From a virus (lineage: Duplodnaviria; Caudoviricetes): a stretch of DNA of 59,996 bases. The stretch spans positions 1-59,996 of IMG/VR virus record IMGVR_UViG_3300023174_000183; one strand, 5' to 3'. Every line of letters starts with the position of its first letter. Positions within the stretch are counted from its first letter, which is position 1. Below the pieces are notes generated by a model that made no database searches, was not told the DNA's origin, and was given only the letters and a program-made list of their open reading frames with translations. Below, in pieces: positions 48,453 to 56,387 of this stretch. Made by a program: the position numbers and the translations under genes.

Positions 48453-49117
48453 AATTTAGTGACACTGTCGCCTATGGTAAATCGCATCACTTCAGAGGCA
48501 GTGTCACTAGAAATCCCTTGGATCAAATAGTCCTTTTTAAATTAATAAATCAATACAAATTTAAAAAATTATTGGAAATAGGCTATTTCGAAGGATTAAC
48601 TTTCAGTATATTATATGAAGCCAGCCACCATGATGCCAAATTAACAGCATGTGATATTACATTTGACCATGATGTTCTTTCAAAAATTTTGAAATTTACA
48701 AAAACTGTGAATTTTAGATCAGGCGGCAGTGAAGAGTTGCGTTTGTCTGGCAGTTATGATTTTATCAACATCGACGGAGAACATAGTTATACTGCGGTAC
48801 AAAGAGAAACTGCATTGATACAAAATCATTTTGACAATTTGGGAATTCTCATGATTGACGATTATCAATACCCTGGAGTTCATCAGGCTTTGGTAGAGTT
48901 CACTGATTCAAGTGATTTCGTGCCGTTTTTGTTAGGACCGCAGCAAATGTTTTTGCAAAAACAGTCAAGAGATATCGATTGGCTAATTAATGATACAAAG
49001 GGATTTTGTAGCTGGGAAAATACCCATTGGAATAATTTTCCTGTTAAAAAATACAATTATAAAAATCCAGTGTTTATTGATAAATTACCGCAACTTATTG
49101 AAAGATTAGGATTATAA
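48449..49117 (+). CDS. Class I SAM-dependent methyltransferase (Methyltransf_24-like)
   Basis: LLEIGYFEGLT (motif I), YDFINIDGEHSY, GILMIDDY. Confidence 0.8.
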   Translation: MKFSDTVAYGKSHHFRGSVTRNPLDQIVLFKLINQYKFKKLLEIGYFEGLTFSILYEASHHDAKLTACDITFDHDVLSKILKFTKTVNFRSGGSEELRLSGSYDFINIDGEHSYTAVQRETALIQNHFDNLGILMIDDYQYPGVHQALVEFTDSSDFVPFLLGPQQMFLQKQSRDIDWLINDTKGFCSWENTHWNNFPVKKYNYKNPVFIDKLPQLIERLGL

Positions 49118-49656
49118 TGCCCAGTCCACAGAAAGCCAAAGGCAGCAGTTGGGAGCGCGAAGTCGCCCGTTATCTGACTCAACAGTTTGGCGAGACGTTT
49201 ATTCGCGCTCCAGGGTCAGGGGCTTATGTGGGCGGTACCAACAACATCAGAAAACAATTCTTGCATCAGGGGCAGATTCGCAGTTTCAAAGGTGATATTG
49301 TTCCCGGTGAAAGTTTCTCAGCATTGAATGCCGAATGCAAGAGTTACAAAGATTTTCCCTTTCATCAATTATTTCAAGGCTCAGTTAAAATTTTAGATCA
49401 ATGGATTGAACAGTGTATGGATGCAGCTGACACAGGCGATTTCAACATACTGTTCATGAAGTTTAACCGCAAAGGTCGATACGTAGCATTTCAGGCACAA
49501 CCCAATCACACCAATTTATTCTTGACCCGGCACTTCAATTATGGCACACAACATCATGGTCACTGGTTCATCATGGACATGGATCTATTTTTTGAATTAA
49601 ATAGCAACAAATTTGCAGAACTTTGCAGTAAACAATTAGCCACTGTTGCAGCGTAA
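49117..49656 (+). CDS. Holliday junction resolvase-like PD-(D/E)XK nuclease
   Basis: KAKGSSWEREVA, RAPGSGA, GDIV, AECK: Hjc-type motif order. Confidence 0.75.
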   Translation: MPSPQKAKGSSWEREVARYLTQQFGETFIRAPGSGAYVGGTNNIRKQFLHQGQIRSFKGDIVPGESFSALNAECKSYKDFPFHQLFQGSVKILDQWIEQCMDAADTGDFNILFMKFNRKGRYVAFQAQPNHTNLFLTRHFNYGTQHHGHWFIMDMDLFFELNSNKFAELCSKQLATVAA

Positions 49657-50070
49657 GCTGTGTCTCAGGTGATTGTGCTCGCGTAATGGCCGCACATGGA
49701 ACACAAGGACTAGACCTTGTCAGAGACGGCATGCAGGACACTAGGTGTAAAAACCCAAAGATGTGGGCACTGTGAAAAAGATACAACCCATGCAATGGAC
49801 ATAGTTGGCTAACTACGGCTATGTTTGTTGTCCGCCAGATGAAGCTAGAGTAGGGGGTACCGGCTGACCGCCTCCGTTATGCTTGCTAGCAAGTACGTTT
49901 TCAATGAAAATTGTACTTTTAGCACGTATAAATCTCTTTTAGTTAGTATGATGCAGAACTCAGATAAAGTCTCTGACATACTTTGCCTTGTGATAGGTGA
50001 AGTATGACCTAAATCTAGATAAAGCACTTAAAAGCAGCACAGTAAAACAAAGCTATTCACTGTGTTTAGA
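49657..50070 (+). ncRNA. Candidate large structured non-coding RNA/DNA element
   Basis: Only large intergenic gap in the window; many stems, several with G-U pairs on the + strand (see findings). Family unknown. Confidence 0.55.
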
Positions 50071-50074
50071 TTGG

Positions 50075-50123
50075 AAAAAAAGCGTTGAGCGCAAGCGAAA
50101 ACGCAGATGTACGAAGTACATCT
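50075..50123 (-). terminator. Tandem hairpins plus U7 tract, probable terminator of the gp26-like transcript
   Basis: AGATGTAC-gaa-GTACATCT (50105-50123) and GCGTT...AACGC (50082-50104), followed on the minus strand by T7 (50075-50081). Confidence 0.6.
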
Positions 50124-50353
50124 TAAAAGAATGGCATGTTGGACTTTTTAGTTGTTTCTAAATTGTCTTTGGCTAACTTACTGATTAATTCTCGATCAAC
50201 TGTTGACAATAACATGGCATCGTCATAACTCAGCCCACCACGCATGTACCAGCATAGTCTCAACGCATCATCTTTATAGGCTCTTACGTCTCGTTCGTAA
50301 CTGTCAATCAGCTGCTGGACTGCGTTGGGATCCAGCGTTAAGAGCCTTAGGCG
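50123..50353 (-). CDS. gp51-like C-terminal segment, probably reached by -1 frameshift from the upstream ORF
   Basis: RLCWYMRGGLSYDDAMLLSTVDRELI resembles tail chaperone T/gp51-type segments; no good start or RBS; it is the -1 frame at T-TTT-TTC. Confidence 0.65.
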   Translation of the reverse strand, partial: RLRLLTLDPNAVQQLIDSYERDVRAYKDDALRLCWYMRGGLSYDDAMLLSTVDRELISKLAKDNLETTKKSNMPFF

Positions 50354-51213
50354 AAAAAACTTGAATAATCGAACGTTATGCTGACAGGAAATTCCTTCTG
50401 ACACTCCTGGGTCTGACATGTAACTTGTACAGGTTTAATTCCCGCTTCGTCTGCCAATTCCTTGAGACGTTTCTGAACAGCTTTAATCACTCGATTTTCG
50501 GCATTATTGAAAAACTCATTGATGTATTGCTGATCGGTAACCACTGTGCCATCATCAGCAATGATGGAAGCAGTACTGGTGCTGAGTAACCCCACATTCA
50601 ATTCAATGATTTTGTTTAGATGTTGCTCAAATTGACGTTTGGCCGCGTCGGGATCATCTTCGATATCCCCCAAACTACGCAACAACTGTTGTTCTTCGAA
50701 AGCAATCATATTGGTTTTATTGGCGCTGGCATATGGTTGAGGCTTTAGTGTGATCTTTAAGCCACTTATTTCCAATGGAACATTATAATTTGGTGCCTGT
50801 ATGTTGCTTAGAACTTGACTCAGATCGATGGCATATTCATTAGTAGTCTTGCAATGTGGGCAAGTGGTTTCAAAATCCATCTCATTGCCGTAACTGGCAA
50901 TGCGTATGGCAATCAATGTGGCATCTACATCGATACTGGGCATCTGCCAAGCATCTTTGATGTCTGGGCAGCAGCTCTGGATCACTGTGACCACACCTTG
51001 TCCATTTAATAATGCGTCTGGTGTTTTTAGGGTGATTTCATCTCGAGTGGTCATGGGCATGATGCCAATTTCGCCGTGTGCTGGCAGTGTTAAGGCATTA
51101 GCCGGCCAATGCGCTCCCTGGCTAGGTAATTTGAAATAAATTGCTGGTTGTCTAAAATGTCTAGCTAAGGGGTTAGTGGTGGAACCAGTTTGGTCCAACG
51201 GTCTAAATTCCAT
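50347..51213 (-). CDS. gp26: Baseplate hub assembly/tail chaperone (T4 gp26-like)
   Basis: LPSQG, MPMTTRDEITLK, DVDATLIAIRIASYG, CPHC, C-x4-C; adjacent to the tape measure gene. Confidence 0.8.
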   Translation of the reverse strand: MEFRPLDQTGSTTNPLARHFRQPAIYFKLPSQGAHWPANALTLPAHGEIGIMPMTTRDEITLKTPDALLNGQGVVTVIQSCCPDIKDAWQMPSIDVDATLIAIRIASYGNEMDFETTCPHCKTTNEYAIDLSQVLSNIQAPNYNVPLEISGLKITLKPQPYASANKTNMIAFEEQQLLRSLGDIEDDPDAAKRQFEQHLNKIIELNVGLLSTSTASIIADDGTVVTDQQYINEFFNNAENRVIKAVQKRLKELADEAGIKPVQVTCQTQECQKEFPVSITFDYSSFFA

Positions 51214-51225
51214 GGTTTGAAATCC

Positions 51226-51233
51226 TATAAATA
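51226..51233 (+). promoter_or_regulatory. Perfect T4 late promoter TATAAATA (tape measure)
   Basis: Exact consensus in the divergent intergenic region. Confidence 0.7.
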
Positions 51234-51254
51234 ATTGATGATGCCATATATCTA

Positions 51255-51261
51255 TATTTAT
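51255..51261 (-). promoter_or_regulatory. Late promoter ATAAATA (gp26-like)
   Basis: Faces the + strand promoter; upstream of ATG 51213. Confidence 0.6.
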
Positions 51262-51291
51262 GGCTACAAGAACCCAAGAAAGTAAAACACC

Positions 51292-54237
51292 ATGGCTGAA
51301 GTTTCCAAAGAATACCTAGAAGAATTTGGCGAATCCCTCAAACAGCTTATTGATCGATTCGGTGCGGCCAGCCCTGAAATTGTGAAATTGGTCGATGCCT
51401 TTAAAAAAGTAGAAAAGGAATCCGCCAAATTTTCAGAAGTAACCAGAAAGCGAAGCGATGACTTTGCCAATGCCATGCTTAAGATCGGCAAGGAAGTGCG
51501 TCGCGGCGAATCCAGTTTCACAGACCAACAGCGCCTACTCAGGCAACTCAACACTGCCATTGAAGAGGCCATCGAAGCTCAGGAAGATTCGGCTGAAATA
51601 CAGAAATTAGTTGATCAGAAGAAAGAACTGGCCGAAAAAGCACATCAACAAAATGCCAAAGAACAATGGGAAAAATTTGGTGAGACACTAGGGACCGGTG
51701 CTAAAAATGCTGCTGGAAGTCTGGTCACTGGTGCTGGTCAATTTGTTAAAGGACTCCAGGCCAATGCCAGTGGCACTGAGTTAGCTGCTGGGCTGATGAG
51801 CACTGCAATTGATGTAGCCAGTGCCGGTGCCGGCGTTGCAGCCAAAGGCATGACTGCTGCAGGCACTGCCATGGCCAGTAGTATGAACCCATTGGTTGCA
51901 GGCGCCGGGGCACTTGTTTCGGGGTTGGGTGCCGCTGCCGATGCCGCCAGAGAGGTTGCTGCAAAAGTTGCCAAATTTGGTGTTGAAGTTGCAGCCAAAG
52001 AAGTAGAAAAGACAGTCAAAGCTTTCAATAGCATGAGCGCCAGTGGTACCATGTTTGCCAATGGCATGACAGGCATGCGCGCCTCTGCACATGCCGCCGG
52101 GCTAACAGTGGAACAATTCAGCCAGGTGGTCAAGGGATCTAGTGCACAACTGGCCAGCTCGGGCATGAGTGTGGCTGAAGCGGCCCAATACACTGGCAAG
52201 GTGATGGCTGCTGGTGGTGGCAAAATGCAGCAATCTCTATTGAAATTGGGATATGGTTTCGAAGAACAAGGTGCATTGGTGGCTGATGTCATGCAGGCCA
52301 TGCGTGGCAGTGCAGCCGGTCCACTTAGAGCCACAGAAGCACAGGTTGCTGAACAGACGCAAAAATATGCTGAAAATCTAAGAGTCATTGCTGCCATCAC
52401 CGGAGAAGATGCCAAAAAACGTCAAGACGAAGCCAGACAAGCTTCGGCTAATATTGCGTTCCAGGCCGAACTTGCCAAAATGGGCCCCGAGCAACGTGCT
52501 GGTATTCAATCGGCCATGGAGAACATGACTGATCAACAGAGAAAGAACTTTGTTGACATGATGGTGTTTGGGACTATCATAAACAAAACTGGCGCTCAGA
52601 TGGCTGCGCAAATGCCCAGCGTGGCACAATTTACCCAGGATCAGGTCCGCGACGCCCGAGCAGGTGTGTTGGATGGTCGCCGCACATTGGAAAATCAAAA
52701 GAAGCATGCCGAACAGAATCAACGAGAACTTCTGGCGTTTGGTAGCACCATAGGCAAGGCCGGTCTGGCTGGCGTTGGCGGTGCGGCGGGTGAGTTGTCA
52801 GAGGCAATGGGTCGCGAGCTGCCCCAAATTGGAAAATTCACTGCAGAAGGCATCACAGCAGCAGAGGAAGCTGCCGCAAAACAAAAAGAGGCCACTGATG
52901 GGCTGACCGACTCGGTTGTTGATGCCGAAAAGGCAGCACAAAAATTAAAAGTGGCCCTAGAAGAAACTTTGACTCCAGCCATTACAAACTTTGCTGCTGT
53001 TTCCGCCCAAATGCTCAAAGGTGTCCAGGACATGATGGATGAGATGGGTTTTGGTAAAAAAGCCATCAAGACCGACCAGGACAAACAAGTAGATCAGGCT
53101 GAAACTGCTGCCAATGAAGCAGAAAAAAAACGAGATGAACTGGAGAAGCAACAAGACATGAATTGGCTGGGCAGACGACTGTCCAGAAATTTCAATATCG
53201 GCGGTGACGAAAATCTAGAGAAAGCAAATCAGGAAGCAAGCGACAAAGAATTACGTGCAGATCAAGCCAAACAAGCCAAAGAAATTTATGATCAGGGTTT
53301 GAAAGCTGCCATGGCTCAGGAACAGTCACGACTAAACCGAGAAAAACACGGCGCTTTGGGTTCGATGATTCACGGCAACGTGGCCATGACAGATGAGCAG
53401 CGTCAGAAAATTGAAGAACAGTATCGAACCAAAGGGTTTGAGGAATATTCAAAATCTCGAGGATACGCCGCTGCTGGTAAGCAAGCCCATGAAGTTATAA
53501 CGTTATCTGGCGATACTCCCAGATATGCGTCGGGCGGTATTACGACAGGAGTGTCCATAGCTGGGGAATCCGGGCCAGAAGCAGTGGTTCCGCTACCTGA
53601 CGGCAAAACAATCCCGGTTAACATCAACGCTCAAGACCGAGGAGAAAAAGATCTTTCTGGTGTCGCAGCTATTGCTAATCAAATATCGGCAAGTATAAAA
53701 AATTCGATGGCAGATAGTAAACCCATATCAGTTCAGTTGGCCATGAGCATGGAAAAAGAATTGCTGCCAGGATTGAAAGAATTTAGCGGACTCAACATAG
53801 GCCCCATGAGAACAGACCTGCGTATTGTTGCGGCCATGGCAGAAAAATTAGGAGCATTTACACAGGCTGGTGGCGGCACCATCACTGATACCAAAACCTG
53901 GAAGGAATTGTTGGGTTACGGCACCACATACGATCTGGGAGATGAAAAAGTCAATGCTTTGGGATCCTTCCAAGACACTAGAAATCTAAAAATGGAAGAT
54001 TTTTCCAAACAAATTCAGGACCTAGTGGAACAGTTCAAGCAAGATCGGGCAGCCGGGCAAACTGTTACTCCAGAACAAGCAGCCAGTAACATTGCTGACA
54101 GTAATAAAGAAATGGTGGATCTGATGCAACAACAACTTACAGCCATGCAAGAACAGACTAGTCTAACTAGAAACCTTATCAATGAACAACAGCGCGGTAA
54201 CCGAGTTAGTCGAGATATATTAACAGCATCCTATTAA
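51292..54237 (+). CDS. Tape measure-like protein
   Basis: 981 aa, Ala/Gly/Gln-rich helical, hydrophobic AG stretch, YASGGI...AGESGPEAVVPL motif; next to the chaperone gene. Confidence 0.78.
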   Translation: MAEVSKEYLEEFGESLKQLIDRFGAASPEIVKLVDAFKKVEKESAKFSEVTRKRSDDFANAMLKIGKEVRRGESSFTDQQRLLRQLNTAIEEAIEAQEDSAEIQKLVDQKKELAEKAHQQNAKEQWEKFGETLGTGAKNAAGSLVTGAGQFVKGLQANASGTELAAGLMSTAIDVASAGAGVAAKGMTAAGTAMASSMNPLVAGAGALVSGLGAAADAAREVAAKVAKFGVEVAAKEVEKTVKAFNSMSASGTMFANGMTGMRASAHAAGLTVEQFSQVVKGSSAQLASSGMSVAEAAQYTGKVMAAGGGKMQQSLLKLGYGFEEQGALVADVMQAMRGSAAGPLRATEAQVAEQTQKYAENLRVIAAITGEDAKKRQDEARQASANIAFQAELAKMGPEQRAGIQSAMENMTDQQRKNFVDMMVFGTIINKTGAQMAAQMPSVAQFTQDQVRDARAGVLDGRRTLENQKKHAEQNQRELLAFGSTIGKAGLAGVGGAAGELSEAMGRELPQIGKFTAEGITAAEEAAAKQKEATDGLTDSVVDAEKAAQKLKVALEETLTPAITNFAAVSAQMLKGVQDMMDEMGFGKKAIKTDQDKQVDQAETAANEAEKKRDELEKQQDMNWLGRRLSRNFNIGGDENLEKANQEASDKELRADQAKQAKEIYDQGLKAAMAQEQSRLNREKHGALGSMIHGNVAMTDEQRQKIEEQYRTKGFEEYSKSRGYAAAGKQAHEVITLSGDTPRYASGGITTGVSIAGESGPEAVVPLPDGKTIPVNINAQDRGEKDLSGVAAIANQISASIKNSMADSKPISVQLAMSMEKELLPGLKEFSGLNIGPMRTDLRIVAAMAEKLGAFTQAGGGTITDTKTWKELLGYGTTYDLGDEKVNALGSFQDTRNLKMEDFSKQIQDLVEQFKQDRAAGQTVTPEQAASNIADSNKEMVDLMQQQLTAMQEQTSLTRNLINEQQRGNRVSRDILTASY

Positions 54238-54242
54238 TTTGT

Positions 54243-54248
54243 TAAATA
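54243..54248 (+). promoter_or_regulatory. Late promoter TAAATA (portal)
   Basis: Intergenic upstream of ATG 54274. Confidence 0.5.
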
Positions 54249-54273
54249 TATAATCTGAATAGTGGGATAATCT

Positions 54274-56004
54274 ATGGCCTGGAAAAAGTATTTTAAAACA
54301 GCAAACGTCAGTGGTAACATGAGTCCCATCAATGGTGGTACTAGTGGGTCACTGACTGTTGATCCAGGATATCGCAATTTTGCCAGCAAATTGCCAGAAG
54401 TTTACATCGGCCATCCTAATCGTGTTGAACGTTACAATCAATACGAGCAAATGGACATGGATTCGGAAATCAATGCTGCTTTGGATATCATTGCTGACTT
54501 TTGTACTCAAATCAATACTGAGAATGGCACTGGGTTTGAACTACATTTCAAAGACAAACCCACCGACAATGAAGTTAAAATTCTCAAAGATCAGTTGCTG
54601 CAGTGGGTTAACCTAAACAAACTCAACAAACGCCTATTTAAATTATTCCGTAACACCATCAAATATGGTGATCAAGTGTTTCTCAGAGATCCTGAAACGT
54701 TCGAGCTCTACTGGACCGAAATGCACAAGGTGGTCAAGGTCATTGTCAATGAAGCTGACGGCAAAGAGCCTGAGCAGTATCTCATAAAAGATCTCAATAT
54801 TAACTTCCAAAATTTAACTGCCACTGCGGTCAGTGCCAGTGACACTTATGTCAACCATCCTCAAGTAGGCGGCCCTAGCGGAGCTTATACGCAGCCAAAT
54901 GTGCCCTATAGTGGCGGTTCCAGATTCAGTCATGCACAAAATGAAGCAGTCATCAACGCCGAGCATGTCATGCATCTGAGCCTAACAGAAGGATTGGATT
55001 TAAACTGGCCATTTGGTAACAGCGTGTTAGAATCGGTGTTTAAAATCTTCAAACAAAAAGAATTGTTGGAAGACGCCATCATCATCTACCGCATACAACG
55101 TGCACCGGAGCGTAGAATCTTTAAAATTGACGTGGGTAACATGCCCACGCACATGGCCATGGCCTTTGTGGACCGCATCAAAAACGAAATACATCAACGT
55201 CGTATCCCTACTCAAACCGGGGGTGGTGTCAACATGATGGATGCCACTTACAATCCACTGTCAACTAACGAGGATTACTTCTTCCCAGTTACTGCTGATG
55301 GTCGTGGGTCAAGTGTAGATACCTTAGCAGGCGGTACAAATCTGGGCGAAATCACCGATTTGAGATTCTTCACCAACAAGCTGTTCAGAGGCCTGCGTAT
55401 TCCTAGCAGTTACTTGCCACAAGGTGTAGATGATGGTACTCAGGCCTATAATGATGGTCGCACCACAACTGCATTGATTCAGGAATGGCGTTTCAATCAG
55501 TACTGTAAACGTCTGCAGACTATGATTGTGGAAAAATTGGATCTGGAATTCAAAATGTTCATGCGTTGGCGCGGCATCAACATTGATGGACAGTTATTTG
55601 AATTGAGATTTAACGAACCACAAAACTTTGCCAGATATCGCCAGGGTGAGTTGGACGCCGTTCGCATTCAAGCATTTACTCAATTGGAACAGATTCCTTA
55701 TCTCAGTAAAAGATTCCTACTTAAACGCTATCTGGATCTCAATGAAGAAGAAATGCAAGAGAATGACGAACTTTGGGCAGAAGAAAACCAAACTGCTGAA
55801 AAAGCCCCGGCAGGTGAAGCAGGTCTGCGTGCAGTGGGAGTAACTAACGCAGGTATACAACAGGACATGGACAATTTAGCCATGCCAGAACTTGGAGCAG
55901 AAGGTGAAATGACAGCTGATATGGCGCCACCAGAAGCAGGAGCAGTGGCAGGCAACACTCCCGCAGCCGTACCGGCTGCACCAGGTGCAGCACCTGGAAT
56001 TTAA
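54274..56004 (+). CDS. gp20: Portal protein (T4 gp20-like)
   Basis: LLEDAIIIYRIQRAPERRIFKIDVGNMP, EDYFFP, VDTLAGG.NLGEI.D, LFRGLRIPSSYL. Confidence 0.95.
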   Translation: MAWKKYFKTANVSGNMSPINGGTSGSLTVDPGYRNFASKLPEVYIGHPNRVERYNQYEQMDMDSEINAALDIIADFCTQINTENGTGFELHFKDKPTDNEVKILKDQLLQWVNLNKLNKRLFKLFRNTIKYGDQVFLRDPETFELYWTEMHKVVKVIVNEADGKEPEQYLIKDLNINFQNLTATAVSASDTYVNHPQVGGPSGAYTQPNVPYSGGSRFSHAQNEAVINAEHVMHLSLTEGLDLNWPFGNSVLESVFKIFKQKELLEDAIIIYRIQRAPERRIFKIDVGNMPTHMAMAFVDRIKNEIHQRRIPTQTGGGVNMMDATYNPLSTNEDYFFPVTADGRGSSVDTLAGGTNLGEITDLRFFTNKLFRGLRIPSSYLPQGVDDGTQAYNDGRTTTALIQEWRFNQYCKRLQTMIVEKLDLEFKMFMRWRGINIDGQLFELRFNEPQNFARYRQGELDAVRIQAFTQLEQIPYLSKRFLLKRYLDLNEEEMQENDELWAEENQTAEKAPAGEAGLRAVGVTNAGIQQDMDNLAMPELGAEGEMTADMAPPEAGAVAGNTPAAVPAAPGAAPGI

Positions 56005-56013
56005 AATTTTTAG

Positions 56014-56019
56014 TAAATA
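56014..56019 (+). promoter_or_regulatory. Late promoter TAAATA, leaderless
   Basis: TAAATA-ACTAT-ATG(56025); no RBS. Confidence 0.6.
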
Positions 56020-56024
56020 ACTAT

Positions 56025-56249
56025 ATGCACCTAATGGAAATTTTTGATGATGATATGAAGGGTTATCGAACTGAGAAGGACGATAACACTGTCATGCGAT
56101 TGAGCGATCTAAGAAAGACAAAAATCACTCTTAGACAGATAAATCGTCTACGCATCATGAACGATGTGCGCAAGCTAGAGCATGAAAAAAATCTAGAACA
56201 AGTGCAGCAACAATACAAACCGGCAGCACCAGCCGGGCCAGGAATCTAG
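56025..56249 (+). CDS. Small head-module protein
   Basis: 74 aa, DLRKTKITLRQINRLRIM; lies between portal and core genes. Confidence 0.7.
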   Translation: MHLMEIFDDDMKGYRTEKDDNTVMRLSDLRKTKITLRQINRLRIMNDVRKLEHEKNLEQVQQQYKPAAPAGPGI

Positions 56250-56308
56250 TTATTCTGCCAAAATACTTAGAAAAACACGCATTTAACCAAATTTTTTATC
56301 AGAATATG

Positions 56309-56314
56309 TAAATA
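56309..56314 (+). promoter_or_regulatory. Late promoter TAAATA (head core operon)
   Basis: Intergenic; AAGGAG RBS before ATG 56388. Confidence 0.5.
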
Positions 56315-56387
56315 ATATTACATACGAATTGTATATCTAAGTTTGAAATAGTAACTTGGGTACTTTATACACCTTAAAGGAGTTGTT

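Noticed and set aside
49571-50027. ORFs 49571-49795 and 49845-50027 as real genes
   Set aside because: Short, non-ATG or weak starts, no motifs, and they lie downstream of a minus-strand terminator within a highly paired region.
49657-50122. tRNA, tmRNA, RNase P RNA or intact group I/II intron
   Set aside because: No cloverleaf/TTCGA arm with acceptor end, no RNase P GAGGAAAGTCC-type core, no canonical domain V, and the flanking genes are complete and convergent.
50354-50419. Independent start for the 98-aa ORF 50123-50419
   Set aside because: The start lies about 70 nt inside the gp26-like gene without an RBS; a -1 frameshift explains the ORF better.
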